This document shows, piece after piece, positions 39,059-53,090 of a stretch of DNA of 64,000 bases. The stretch comes from Octopus bimaculoides (taxonomy: Eukaryota). A model generated the notes under the pieces. The model ran no database searches. It was not told the DNA's origin and saw only the letters and a program-made list of their open reading frames with translations. Numbering within the stretch: position 1 is the stretch's first letter; each line of letters begins with the position of its first letter. The stretch spans positions 41,759,478 to 41,823,477 of the forward strand of contig NC_068993.1 of the NCBI RefSeq assembly GCF_001194135.2. The letters run 5' to 3'. The position numbers were made by a program, and so were the translations under genes.

Positions 39059-40416
39059 GGTTTTATATAGTCTCTGCAACGTTAAAATTTTCTGGGATAG
39101 GTTTAGAGGTGTTGAATGGAATGGTGGTGAGGTTGTAAAGTAGATTTTGACGATAGTGATGTTATGGAAAGCATTTATTTAATTTAGGGTTGTGTAATTG
39201 ATCAGAATTTATTCTTACATGTAGAACATTGTAATCATGTGTATCTGTTTAGGCGTGTCAGGTGTATCTGTTTAGCGTCAGGTCATGAGGTTCTTATGTT
39301 AGGGTTTCATAAAAAAATGTATGTTGGTGGAATGGGTTAGTTGGTCTGTAAGCTTAGTCGTTAAGCTTAGCTGTTGAATTTCTTTTGGAGATACTGCTAG
39401 GAGATACGCCCTTCTGTTTTGGGGAATGTGAAGGTTAAATTACGGATTTATGTCCAGCATTTAAACCTTTTTAACTAGATGTTTTAGTTTAGGCATGTCA
39501 GTTTTTACGTTATAGAGTTTTAAAGGGTTCACAAAAGAATGTAATTAGTTGCTATGTTTTAGTTGGTCAGCAAATTTCTTTACTTGGTACTATTTAGATT
39601 TTACCGGTTTGTTATGGGAAGGTGGACGTCAACGGTGAAGGTTTTGTTACTACAGAAATTTGCTAACATTCTCGGTTGCATGTTTTGTCTTGGCGCAAAA
39701 GATGGGCTACAATGAATATTTTCTTCATTATTATGGGAGAATGACGTCATCATCAGTAGCGACAGCAGCAGCAATAGCAGTAATAGAACCCCTCCCAAGG
39801 AGTAATAAAAAAAGTAATAACCAAGCCAGTGACAGAAGCTAGTTCAAGTGTGACGTAATTAGATATTTAAGTTTAGGCGTGTCAGTTTTTGCGTTATGGA
39901 ATTATAAACGTTTCACAAAAGAATGTAATTAGTTGATATATTTTAGTTGGTCAGCAGATTTCTTTACTTTTTGGTGCTATTTAGATTCTTACCGGTTTGT
40001 TTTGGGAAGGTAGACGTTAACAGTGAAACATGGCATGGTCTTGTTAGTACAGAAATTTGCTTAATTTATGTTCACGAAAGGATATAGGCAGATGTAAAGT
40101 TTGATTGGTCAGCAGATTTCTCTCAAGGAGTTAATTGTCCTAAATGTTATTTGATAATTGTTTAGGAACTTTTGCATTTAAGATTTCGGGAGATTGTGAG
40201 TTATGCATAATCTGAAGCTAGCACACCTAAATAGACACACCTGATTACACACTTCTACATGCATGAATAAATTCTGAACAATATCCTTGCTCTAAATTTA
40301 ATTAATAAAAAATTTCCATAATACCTCACCGTCGCAATCTGTCCTACAACCTAATTATCATTCAACGGAACTCCACTTACCGCAGAAAATATTAACTCGA
40401 GAGACTATATGCAACC
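39059..40416. mobile_element. 1.36-kb element with about 200-bp degenerate terminal inverted repeats and about 190-bp internal direct repeats; class uncertain
   Basis: Reverse complement of 39059-39260 aligns to 40221-40416; 39485-39665 aligns to 39870-40065. Confidence 0.7.
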
Positions 40417-40769
40417 ATATTTCTCTCAACTTAATCACTTCCTCCTTCCCTCTTTCCTTCAATATTAGTGAACTTTCTTCCACAACCATAAATTTCAGGT
40501 ATAAATTTGGATATGTATTCGGATATGTACATGCATTTGAGGGTGACGTTTCCAAGTCCTTGCTCTCATTCAGTGCCCTTGATTACTGTGTCTGACTTTC
40601 TAGTTCTGCTAATCATTTTACTTTATCCTTCTTGCTGGATTCTCTCGCTACACTGTGACAATGCTGTGGCATCTGTATTAACAGATTTAAGTCAGTTATA
40701 TTTTGTTTTGTACTTATGTTAACAATTTACATTTTATCAATAGATATAAGTATATAATATTGGCTTCAG

Positions 40770-40960
40770 ATTTTGGCACGACATTTCGGAAAAGTGGCTC
40801 AGTTGATTAGACCAATTCCCATCAACCCAGTGCTCAACTGGTACTCATTTTATCGACCCCGAAAGTGACAAAAAGCAAAGTCGACCTCAGAACGTTAAGT
40901 CGGACGAAATGCCGCTAAATATTTTGTCCGGCATGTTAGCGATTCAGCCAGCGCGCCGCC
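40770..40960 (-). mobile_element. SINE family B
   Basis: ctggtactcattttatcgaccccgaaag ... gtcgacctcagaacg ... gccgcc. Confidence 0.88.
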
Positions 40961-41514
40961 TTTTATGTCTGCATAATATTATCTTGAGAAGAATCATATC
41001 TCTACATTTTGGGAGATCACATTTTCCAACCCAACTTTTTAGCCATTTATTTATTCATTTATTCATTTATTTATTTTTACATTTCGAACTTAGAGTAAAC
41101 TGTAATTATCCATGTTTTGCTCCATCACTATTTTTCTTTGATGCAGTCTAAATTCTCTTTCAGCTTATTGGTTTATTCTTTGAAATAACTCTGTTTTATT
41201 TAAAATTAAACAACGATTTTCCATCTAATTTATTCTTCTCTACCTCCAGGAAGGTTCGGTTCAAACATTTTTTAATCCCGTTTAATACATATTTAAAACA
41301 TCCCTAATGTTGTTTACATTTTTGTTTGTAAGAGTATGCTTTCATTTTACACAGTTGCTATAGAAACGAATGTATGAATCAGTTTTCAAAAATATCTCTC
41401 AAAAAAATGGAACTAGAGACAAAAAAAACGTATTTCTTTTTTGATATCATCTTCTGAAAAGAATGTCGAATTAGAATGTGTTGATTCGAAAATATATATA
41501 ATTAATATATTATA

Positions 41515-41666
41515 GGCGCATGCATGGATGTGTGGTTAAGAAGCCCGCATCGCAAGCACATGGATTCAGGTTCAGTTTCACTGCACGGGAGGTTGGGCAA
41601 GTGTCTCCGATTATGGTTTCTGGCCGAACCATGTGGTTGGGAAGCGAGCTCCTTACCACACAGTCA

Positions 41667-41714
<48 letters not shown>

Positions 41715-41747
41715 CACATATACATACATATATATACACACACACTT

Positions 41748-41781
<34 letters not shown>

Positions 41782-41950
41782 GGTGGGAGCTGTATAGGTC
41801 TTTTTGCTTGTCCCTCCACCACTTAACATACCTTTTCTGCAAAACAGACCGACAAATTAAGTACTAGGTAAATTTTTTGCGACTAAATCCTTCAAGATGA
41901 TGCCTAAATATGGTTGCATTTCGGTGACGGAAACAATAAAAAGTAAAATG
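41515..41950 (+). mobile_element. Family-A SINE with an inverted second head and a degenerate tail
   Basis: Plus head 41515-41615, then reverse-complement head 41615-41666, microsatellite, tail about 41800-41950. Confidence 0.8.
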
Positions 41951-42058
41951 AAAAAGAACTATTATTCTTTAAAACTGATATATTGTATTCTTTAAAACTA
42001 CAATAATTTTCTAAATAAATACATAATTCCCAAACGATTTCATTGACTTTACAGGGCA

Positions 42059-42121
<63 letters not shown>

Positions 42122-42409
42122 GATTATTATTATTATTATTATCATCATTATCATTAGTAGTATTCAGTGGTCTTATTTTTATCACGTGCTTTTACTGCAC
42201 TACCGAGCACTATCAACAAATCACTTGTGCAAGTCGTTCTGAAAAAGCTGAATACTCATACGCCATCTTGGACGGGAGAGTCCATCATCATTATTAGTAT
42301 TTTACGCAAGGCTGAAGAAGGCTTGTTACCTGGTTTCCTTGCCGGATAAGTGACCTGTTTCGCAACATTCCACCAAAACGGAAGGCGAGACCGGTTAAAG
42401 GGTTCACGG

Positions 42410-42600
42410 CCATCAATTTTGAGGGGAATGGCAAATCGATTATATCCACCCCAGTACTTCACTGGAGCTTTATTTTAAATACCCAAAATGAACAAAAGGC
42501 AAAGTTGACTTCGGTGGGATTTGAACTCCGAACGCAAGGAGTCAGAAGATATGTTGTTAAGCATTTTGTTCAACGTACTAGCGATTCTGCCAAATGGTCG
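42410..42600 (-). mobile_element. SINE family B, degenerate
   Basis: aaaggcaaagttgacttcggtgggatttgaactc ... taagcattttgt. Confidence 0.8.
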
Positions 42601-43890
42601 CATCAATACTCAAATGTGTATTTCAGTCACGTGATATGTCGATTAAATGTACTGCTGTATATTTTCAGAGAAAAACAGGCAAAAATAACTCACAACAAGT
42701 ATTTGGTGACATGCTTTGAACATGATAAACTTTAACTCAATATGGTTCGCAGAAATTAGTACTGGGTGATTCGTATTTAGGAATTGATACTCAAAAATCT
42801 CAGCTTAGAACCAACCAAAAGCTGCAGTACGGAAATCTACCGATCTACGCAGATACACTCGTACACAAATACTTACAATTCTTTCCACGCGCCCAACCTC
42901 AAACGAAATAAATACATTATTTAGGTTCATTTGCACTTGAAATTTTGCAAATAAATGCATTTTCCTGAACAAGTGTTAGTCGCAGAATTGTGTAACAAAA
43001 AGGGAAAGAAAGCGAAAAAGATTAAGCGGATCGTATCGCTGTTGGAAGTGCATCTTAAGAGGTTTGTAAGCTGCAGGTATTTTTAGCTACGAGAAGTTTG
43101 GGATTAATGATCTTTTCACACTGAAATGCATTCAGTATGAAATCTAAAATAAACGAAGTAATGTTGTAAAGAATTCTTACTGATTTATCTATTTTATATA
43201 TGCCTGCAGACAAAAGGAGCAGTTATAAACAAACCGGCGTTTGGGGACATGGACACATTAGTAAGAGAATCAATATTATAAGCCAACACTGGCTAAGTTT
43301 AAACATAAAATCTTTCTTCTCATCTTTCATAACATTGAGACATCTAAAGTTATGCGTGAAACCAGATATACATATGTAGAATAAAAACTGTTATTTCTGG
43401 CAGAATTTCTCTTCAGACATGAAATAAACGAAACTTGGTGACCACGTTTGCTTACTAAACTTTAAATGTACTTTCGTTCATTACCTCTTTTTATTTCTTC
43501 TTTTCTTTCTTTTTTTTATTGTCTTCAATCGTATGGATGTTCAGATGATAATATTTCTGTTTGAAAGGTAAAGTAACATTCATTGAAATTAGTAAGACAG
43601 TACTAAAATATCACAAATCACTAACAGTTCCAGTAATAATTATCGCTGTTTGACAACTAGTATGTTTGACATTTAATATATGACAGCAAACTTTCGTTCT
43701 AAACCTCTTGTGTTCCTAACAGCGTAACACAACGTCATGCAGCCAAATTTCTAGACATAAAACTTACTTCTAATTAGAACATGTCTCAAATGTATATTAC
43801 TTTCAACAGTCTAAAGAATATTCTGTTCTTCGTCAACTTTCCAAAACGAAATGTATTGATAGAGTCAAACTTATATTTCAGAACGTCAAT

Positions 43891-43945
<55 letters not shown>

Positions 43946-44779
43946 NNNNNNNNNNNNNNNNNNNNNNNNNNNNNNNNNNNNNNNNNNNNNNNNNNNNNNN
44001 NNNNNNNNNNNNNNNNNNNNNNNNNNNNNNNNNNNNNNNNNNNNNNNNNNNNNNNNNNNNNNNNNNNNNNNNNNNNNNNNNNNNNNNNNNNNNNNNNNNN
44101 NNNNNNNNNNNNNNNNNNNNNNNNNNNNNNNNNNNNNNNNNNNNNNNNNNNNNNNNNNNNNNNNNNNNNNNNNNNNNNNNNNNNNNNNNNNNNNNNACAT
44201 ATGTACGTATGCATGTATGTGCGTATATGTATATACGTTCGGACGTATGTATGTATGTACGTATATGTCTGGCTCTTGGATAAAATTTTACGGAATCTGC
44301 TCTTGTGCGAGCATTCAGATAAGGTATCCGTTTTAGCAATAATTTCGTCTCTTCTTTCTATCATTCTTGGATGCTCTGCTAAAAAATTATGGGCGCTGTG
44401 TTTCCTTCTCTGACCATAAATAAACCTATCCAAATCATCAACTTGTGTATTTCCTTTTCCCTTCTTCTTCCTGTTCTGACAAACATAACAGTCTTATAAA
44501 ATCTCAAGTATGGCGACGCAGCCATTTCGTCGCTGGTACTGGTGAGACAGAAATGTACGATTGTAATATTTTTAAATGCACCAGTATCCTCTCATCTCAT
44601 GTCAATATTCCTACCTTTATCAACCACTTCTTTGAAGAAATTTGATTTTTAATCGAAATCTTGCAACTTTGTTCTAAATTTAACTTCCTTCAAGATGATA
44701 GCCACGAGATACAAATATCCATCCGTTTTCACAAATATCATTTTCACATATATACAAATATCCACCGTATCTCAGAATG

Positions 44780-44950
44780 TCATGTTCGGTAGAGTCTTCT
44801 AGTACCTCCTCCGTAGGGTTCTGTCACAGTCAACTACCATTGCTTTCCTGCTGGATTCCCAAGTTTGATCAACTGAAACAATAGCTGCTATCCAATCATA
44901 TCTCCCTTGGTCTTGTTCAGTAGATACAAATATTTCTTCCTGAATCTTGA
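44780..44950 (-). mobile_element. Possible LTR-retrotransposon integrase fragment
   Basis: Minus strand QEEIF..EQDQG followed, after a frameshift, by QQESNG, resembling the TDQG and PQSNG integrase motifs; spacing is shorter than canonical. Confidence 0.25.
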
Positions 44951-45066
44951 TGTCTGTGCTTACTCACGCCATGACTTATCTCTTTCAGGTGGATACTAAC
45001 AACACAAAATTCCAGTTATTCTGACTCAACAACTCTTTCATTCCTCTTAATATATATATTATCTCT

Positions 45067-45250
45067 GGCGGTGAGGTGGCAGAACTGTTAGCACACCGGG
45101 CAAAATGTCTGGCGGTGCTCTGAGTTCAAATTCCACCGAGGTCAACTTTGCCTTTCATGTTTTCAGGATCGATAAAATAAGTACCAGTTCAGCACTTAAC
45201 CCGCCTCCCTCAAAATTGCTGGCTCTGTGCCAAAATTTGAAGCTAATATT
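45067..45250 (+). mobile_element. SINE family B
   Basis: GGCGGTGAGGTGGCAGAA head, GAGTTCAAATTCC B box, gtcaactttgcctttcat core. Confidence 0.9.
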
Positions 45251-45496
45251 TATATTGTCTCTATCTGCTACTCAATAACCTCTTACGACTCCCGGCAAGT
45301 GACCGATTTCCTCTCTTCCTAAATTGAAGACATCTATCTCGCCGCATCTCTCTATCTTAAGATCATTATCTTTGATGACTCTAAGGCAGACAACGCATGG
45401 CTTTCATTACTCATCACTCAGCATCGATAGCAACAAGCACCGAATTATTTGCTAATGGAATCTGTTTACATCAGTTTGCATTCACACTGAATCATA

Positions 45497-45509
45497 GTCA
45501 TCGTCATCG

Positions 45510-45540
<31 letters not shown>

Positions 45541-45623
45541 GATTATAATCAGCATCATCGTCATCATCATCATCATCATCATCGCCACCATAATCGTAGT
45601 CGTCGTCATCGTCGTCATCATCG

Positions 45624-45668
<45 letters not shown>

Positions 45669-45785
45669 CAACCACTATCAACAACAGCAGCAGTAGCTGG
45701 ACCACCACCGCCACCGCTAACACCACCACCAACGACAACAACAGCTTTATCATCCTCATCATCATCATCATCATCATTATCAACA
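45497..45785. repeat. Compound (CAT)/(CGT)/(CAC)/(CAA) trinucleotide array; a second tract at about 46120-46240
   Basis: Seen directly. Confidence 0.95.
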
Positions 45786-46489
45786 CCAATCCTCATTATT
45801 TTATATGCCATCTATACTTGTATTCATGCAATTTTCCCCTCGCTCATTCGATTTTCTTGTTAAATGCACACACTTTATTGATATCTTTACATTTGTCACT
45901 CAATATTGTCGCTATGGTGACTAATGACGGTAACCATTATTATTATTATTTTTCAAATTCCGCTGAAGTCATCTTTGCAATTCATCTTCTCAAGTTCGAT
46001 AAAATAAAATACGAGATAAGGACTAAGATCGTTTGGTATTGATTGAAACTCCAAACCCACCTCCATAATTATTGCTGGCCTTGTGCCTACATTAGAAACC
46101 ACTATTGCTGATGCTTGATGTTGCTGCTGTCATTGTCATCGTTGTCATTGTAACTGTCGTCATCATCCTCGTCGTCGTTGTCGTCATCGTCATCATCATC
46201 ATCATCATCATCATAACTGTTATTATCATCACCGTCATTGTTACTTCGCCTTTCATCTTCTTGGAGTCGATAAAACAAATACGAGTTAATGTAAACGACT
46301 TACCCACTTCCCAGAAATTGCTGGGTTTGTGCTAAAATTGGAAATTATTATCAACTATTTTCTCTTTATCACAGGTTTTGTTGGAACTCCTGGAGTCTTG
46401 CATGCGTATCGGGTTTATTACCTGCGGCCTACTCTACCATGCTATTCGTTCCTTTCAGCTATCTAAATGTCTTCTGCTAACAGCCTCAG

Positions 46490-46830
46490 GTCAGCCAAAG
46501 CCTGCTGGGACGGAAACTGAAAGAAACCCATCATATATATATNNNNNNNNNNNNNNNNNNNNNNNNNNNNNNNNNNNNNNNNNNNNNNNNNNNNNNNNNT
46601 GTGTGTGTGTGTGTCTTTGTGCTTGTATCAGTCCAGCACCACCGTTTGAACACCGGTGTTGGTATGTTTATGCTCTCCGTAACTTAGCGTTTCGGCACAA
46701 GAGACCGATAGAATAGCTACCAGATTAAAAAAAAAAAGTATGATCGATTCATTCGACTAAAAAGATTCTTCAAGGAGTTGCTCCAGCATGGCTGTAGTTT
46801 AATGACTGAAACAAGTAAAAGATAAAAGAC
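46490..46830 (+). mobile_element. SINE family A core end and tail, spanning a gap
   Basis: gacggaaactgaaagaaaccc ... ctccgtaacttagcgtttcggcac ... gaaacaagtaaaagataaaag. Confidence 0.85.
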
Positions 46831-47334
46831 GAATGATACTGTGTTTTGTTTAGTATTTGTTGTTTTCTATTCAAGTCAAAATACTCAACAGATTGTGTTC
46901 TGTGCCTAGTAGCGTTATATCTCTACTTTGCGTATATACTTAAGGTCTATGGAGGGTTTTATTTTCTGTTTTGGTTATGTAATTGTCTAAATGTCTTTTC
47001 TACTCATTCCCAAGGCCCCTATTATAGAGATCATATTTGTTTGCAATTCTACATTACCGTTATCTTTGTTACCAAATCTTTATAAGTGACTAATTTCTTT
47101 ACTTCTTCTAGTTATTATATAGACATTATTGTCTAATGGGATTGGAGGTTTGATTAAGAGGAAACCTCGTTTCCGGGTGGTCCTTAACAATAATATCCGG
47201 TTGAATTGCTTTGTTCTCCATATGTTTGGGGATTAGCATACCCCTGGGTTTGGTAGCTTTGTTGTTTTTTGACACCTTTTTTGTGTGTGGTTTATGTTAA
47301 CACCACCCCATTTTTGTTGGTATTATTTATTCAC

Positions 47335-47550
47335 GGCAAGCGTGCGTGCTAGCAGACTGGTTACAATATCCGACAAATAAACTTTGCGGTATTTGTTTCA
47401 GCTCTTTACTTTCTGAATACAAATGCCCCTGAAAGTAATTCTACAATTCCTCCCTCTGGGGTCGATAAAATAAGGCGGTAGTCAAGTGCTGGTGTTCAGG
47501 ATATCGACGAATCCCTTTCCTCAGAGTTAGCTTTGTGCCTAAATCATAAA
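47335..47550 (+). mobile_element. SINE family B, degenerate
   Basis: ctctgggggtcgataaaataag ... gagttagctttgtgcctaaat. Confidence 0.65.
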
Positions 47551-47826
47551 CAGGTAATTATGTCTTAGATAGGTGGAGTACAAGCAGAATCGTTACAACG
47601 TCATAAAAAGCTTGACTCCCGTTAAGTCGAGTTTCCATTTCATCCATGCGTGCTCGATAAAATAGCGCACCAGCAAAGTGCTGGACCTCAGTGTCGTTTG
47701 CGAAGACATTAACAGACCAACACAGGTTTTCTAGCATTGAGAAGCAAGCGCAGATAAATACGCGCATGCACACACACACACACGCACGCACGCACACAAA
47801 CACACGCACGCACTTACACACGCACG

Positions 47827-47872
<46 letters not shown>

Positions 47873-50438
47873 CGATGGGATTCCAAACAGATTCCTTTCA
47901 CCGAATCCACNNNNNNNNNNNNNNNNNNNNNNNNNNNNNNNNNNNNNNNNNNNNNNNNNNNNNNNNNNNNNNNNNNNNNNNNNNNNNNNNNNNNNNNNNN
48001 NNNNNNNNNNNNNNNNNNNNNNNNNNNNNNNNNNNNNNNNNNNTCTCTCTCTCTCTCTCTCTCTTCTCACTCTGCTTCTGCTGAATTTCTGCTGTGTCTT
48101 TTTTTAGAAATCTCTACTGATTAACTTACTCAATATAAAAATCAGCAATATCTCCCTTAACGATTATATATATTTGGCAATGCTGTTCTATTATGCTGAT
48201 AACACCCATAATATTACAAATATTTTAAAACTCTAATTTAAAATATATTACGGAGCGTATATGCCCACTCGACATCCTCTCAGCTAAAGAAAGAAAGTAA
48301 GCAAATAAAATTGAAAAGAAGGTCTCTTTATAAATAATGTCCGTGGCATGCACTAATGAAGTAAATAAAACCTCTATCTGATACTTGTGAAGTTAGCTAA
48401 TATACGCTTTACTACATGGGATGCCGCCACGGTCATTGGAAGTTTGTGATGAGAATTGCTGCATATCTCTTCTCTAATCTTAGCCTTTGTTTTCTAATCA
48501 ATATTTGGTTACCAATTCCTTATACATCTGTCCAATCCCTTCTGTTATGTCTACTTTCTTTGACAACCTAAGTGAATTACCTGCTTTCAATGGGCCTGTT
48601 ACATACCAGCTTCCATTCATTTTTGGACTGTTGGTTTCTTGATTTGAGCAGCAGATGCCGTTGAGCTACGCTCTCCAGTGGGACGTCGATGTTTGCTCTT
48701 ATGCAACACAGTAGAGCCTAATAACTTGAGGGACTCTCTGTTGTGTTTTTCATCATCTTATAGACGTTGTACTTCATATACCCCTGCCTGTACGATGTTT
48801 TCAATGCAATAAAACCTCTTAATAAAACGATCGTAGCGATACCGTATGATTTATCCGTTTGTTTTTATTGCTATTTCATATCATGCTGAAATTCTCTTCA
48901 ACTTTGGGTACTCTTGGAGTTATGGATTACCAAACATCAATGGACTTCATGAATTCTTTACCTATTGATTTATGTTTCATCATAAAGCCATTAATATGGT
49001 GTGCTCACTTTGATATGCGCCGATCTTAAGATCTTAAGTGATCTTTTGTGTGAGTGTGTGTGTGTGTATATATATATACATATACACACATCCATATACA
49101 AACATACATACACACACATATTACACACATTGATGCATATGCACATAATATTTTTTGCAGTTGTTTTTTTGTTTGTTTTTTAGTAAATGCTTAACGGACA
49201 ATTTGGGAAAGCTAGAGTTTTTCAGAAAAAGAAATCGACCAGCTAACAGGCATATCACAAACACAATCTGTAAACGGAATAGTAAAAATATGCAAAACAT
49301 TTCTTTAATTCAAAATGTAACATTGTTTCTGTTGTCTAAATTTCAATGTATCTCTGTTAGTAACCAGCTCCTGTCTTAGAGGAAGACCTCAAATAAATAA
49401 AAACAGAAAGAACATACCTTTTTCGGAAGTAACCTCCAGAAGAAATAGTCTCTCCATTGTGATTTCATTTACAACACCAAAACATCCGGACTAACATACT
49501 TAAAAAAATGTGAAACACTCAACATACCACAAAAATAAACAAATCAGACTGTTCCTAGAAGAATTGAAGAAGACAGAAATATTGACTCTTGACCACTACA
49601 TCACACTTCGAAAGTTATACATTTTTAATCCAAGAACAGGAGACAACGAAGCCCTTGAAGTTCCAAGTTGCAGCCGAAAATGTAGATCAAAGGATCTCAA
49701 CCCATTGGAGTCACAAATGCCCTCACCCCCACCTCCGAAAATATTTTTATTCACAGACAGCTTGTTTACAGTGACCAAATATTTTTACTGTAAATTAGCT
49801 TTCACCCTCCGTCAAGCTGACATTGCCTTTACTGGTGCACAGTATACCGATGCGGAAGGGATCTGAGACCAACGTGGAAGGAAGTGATTTGCTCAAGAGC
49901 AGAATGCACAACTAGCCCAATAATCGAAAAGCGAAACTTGGGCTCCTGTACACACACATACATACATGAATGCCTACATTTATGCTGAAAAGGATGGTCG
50001 TATTTCTGTGAATTTATGCTTTCTGAATAAGCTGAATGACGTAAGCTTACGCCTCAATAACAAGAGGAATATCTCTTCTGGTCAATGACGAATGGGTCGC
50101 ATACATTTGTGGAAACACATAATAAATATCAGATCAAAAGTGAGAAATTATTGAGTTTCAGCTGAAACGCCAGTGTCACTAGATATATTCCGTATGATTA
50201 TTCTTTTATCTCTGTGTGTGTATATATATTAAAATTTTAAGCTCATTTACAGGAAGATTTTCAAAGATACTAAACTAAACTGCAGTATAATTCGTAAGTC
50301 GAAGAATTAACTATCTATCTACCTATCTCTCTCTATATATCCCTCTCTCTATCTGTCTATTACTGCATATATGTGTGTGTGTGAGAGAGAGAGAGAGAGT
50401 ATATATATATATATATATGGTTGTTATTATAAATACAT

Positions 50439-50469
<31 letters not shown>

Positions 50470-50512
50470 GCATATATATATATATGTGCTTATTCTTATA
50501 AANNNNNNNNNN

Positions 50513-50558
<46 letters not shown>

Positions 50559-51230
50559 GTATAAAGATATATGTTTGTATTTACGTACATATGTACATCT
50601 TTCAACAAAATGGAGACACCAATAAACTCATGTCATTTTACTTGATTGCCACATGTCGATCTACACCGAAAAACGAACGTTGATTAGATGCTATCATATT
50701 TAATTTGCTCATTAACTTATGTATCACAAGACGTATATATGCGAAGCTTTTGACATTCATTTCCATCGTCCCAGGAGGTTGCTGCTTATGTAAACAACGT
50801 TCCTTTGAACAACCATTTTTTGTGGGAGAAAATGTTTATTCCATGCTATTTGTCAGGGTGCTGTGTCATATAAAACTTATTGCTTCTGACAAACATAGCT
50901 AATAAGGCTTTTGATCTTTGTACATCCTTTTAACGGCGAAACATGTTACGCTTGCTATTTTTACCGTTTCCCCTCCTGCTTTTATTCCTTCGTTGCTTTC
51001 TAAATCTATTCCTTGGATACAATTAGAATATTACATTTGCATAGCGGTTACCAATTTGTTCAATTCTTTTCACTTAGTTCTCTTCAGTTTAAGATACCCG
51101 TGACAGAAATGGAACTGTGCATTCTATAGGGATTGGAAATAGCACTCACGCATTCATGCCATACATATAAATACACAAATTTAAATGCACGCGAACTCAT
51201 GCACGTGCATGTACAAAAGTTCGTGCACCC

Positions 51231-51323
<93 letters not shown>

Positions 51324-51860
51324 AAACAAAAAACACCCAAACATATTTATACACGCAAACAAACGCAATTTGACCACGCACATAGAAAGTATACACGCAA
51401 GTGTATATTAGCCTTTGTTGCGGCGTACATGTCAATATGTCTATAGCTATGTTGATGTAATTCTATATAAGATAGATGTGGTAAATTGAAAACAAAGAAA
51501 AATCGATCAATGTTAAATTATTTCGGTGGTAGATATACTTAAATATGTTATACTTTGTATTATACATCTCCATAGCCATCTTCTGTTACCATGCCAAAGC
51601 TAGATAGGAAAGCATTAGTGGTCATCACAAATCTACAGTGGTCCCTACATAAATAGACAATTAATAATGGAATCAATGGTTATAGAAGAAAACAACGGTC
51701 AAAGAAACACACAAACACACATACATGCACAAATACACACATACACACACACATATAATGTATACTGGTTACTAACAAACCAGAAAACTATTTGACTGAT
51801 AACGTAGAAATGTTGTGTTCAGATTTCACATACTAGTAATTATAGCTACATTATTCGCAA

Positions 51861-52035
51861 GGCGGTGAGCTTGCAGAAATGCTAGTACGCCGGGTGAAAT
51901 GCTTAGCGGTGTTTCGTCTGTCTTTACGTTCTGAGTTCAAATTCCGCCGAGGTCGACTTTGCCTTTCATCCTTTCAGGGGTCGATAAATCAAGTACTAGC
52001 TGCGTACAGGGGTCAATCTAATCGACTAACCCCCT
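51861..52035 (+). mobile_element. SINE family B, well conserved
   Basis: GGCGGTGAGCTTGCAGAA ... CTGAGTTCAAATTCCGCCGAGGTCGACTTTGCCTTTCATCCTTTC. Confidence 0.92.
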
Positions 52036-53054
52036 AGACCACGAAACGTTGAAGAAGGATTTGCAACTGCGTTGTCTCAGATAAAAAGCAATGATCTCAT
52101 ACGAAAATAGGAAAAGGCTACAACACACGCCAACATTTTTATTGGCATATCATGGTCATCTTGAAGATACGACCATGGCTGCCTCGAAAAGTTGATGGTA
52201 GATTTAGGAACTACGGTGTTCGAGATAAGCAGCGAGGAATCCATATGATAATATGGAACTGTGTGAAAACAGAACTGTGTGAAATCTGTTATATGGCTTG
52301 AAAGTTCCTGAGTTTCGGGTTTCACTTTGATAAAAAGCTATTTCGCAGTTATTTTTGTAATATATTCTAATTGCTTATTTGTGGCTGGTTAGAATACATT
52401 TTGTGATCGGTATGTAACATTTTAATGATATATTCATTCATTCTATAACTATCGTGTATGTAGTTCAGTTATGTAAGGTTTGTGTTTTTAACTGGGTGTT
52501 GCATTTATTGTGTCTTCATGAGTAGTTTTGTTTATACGTCTTACAGTTTGATCTGCTTCCTAACTGGAGTTCATCGGAGATGAGTGAAGTCTCTTTTGAC
52601 GACGTTTTTACTTCTTAATTTAGCTTTTATTATACACTCTCATCTCTAAAAGCTACTTATATATACATTTTTGAGGTAAATGCCTTAAAATACTTCATGG
52701 AGCACACGCCATTATATGCATCAAATATTCATAACATCTCTTGTTATTGGGGTAAATTTTAGCCGCAAATTTCTCCACCTAATGTTTGAGTAGTGCCACG
52801 TGTATGCTCACAGCTACAAAACTTATTACTTCAAGAATCTACAAATATGTGTACACTTTGGTGAGCTGCCAAAATTCTGATCATCATTTATGAAAACTAA
52901 AACAACAAAAAAATTGTACTTAATAATACGAAGGCAAACCTTAAAAAATGATGACCGTTACTGGATATTTGTGCACCAAATTAATTACAGTATACACTCA
53001 TTGTCGAATATTTTCGTTTTTTTAATGCTTTTCTTATTGAATGCATTTACCTAT

Positions 53055-53090
<36 letters not shown>

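Noticed and set aside
45397-46335. Poly-His, poly-Asp, poly-Met and poly-Ile ORFs
   Set aside because: (CAT)n arrays are open in several frames on both strands and sit among SINE fragments.
49510-49866. 118-aa ORF starting KHSTYHKNKQIRLFLEELKK
   Set aside because: GTG start and no motif I can assign; possibly a retroelement scrap, but unsupported.
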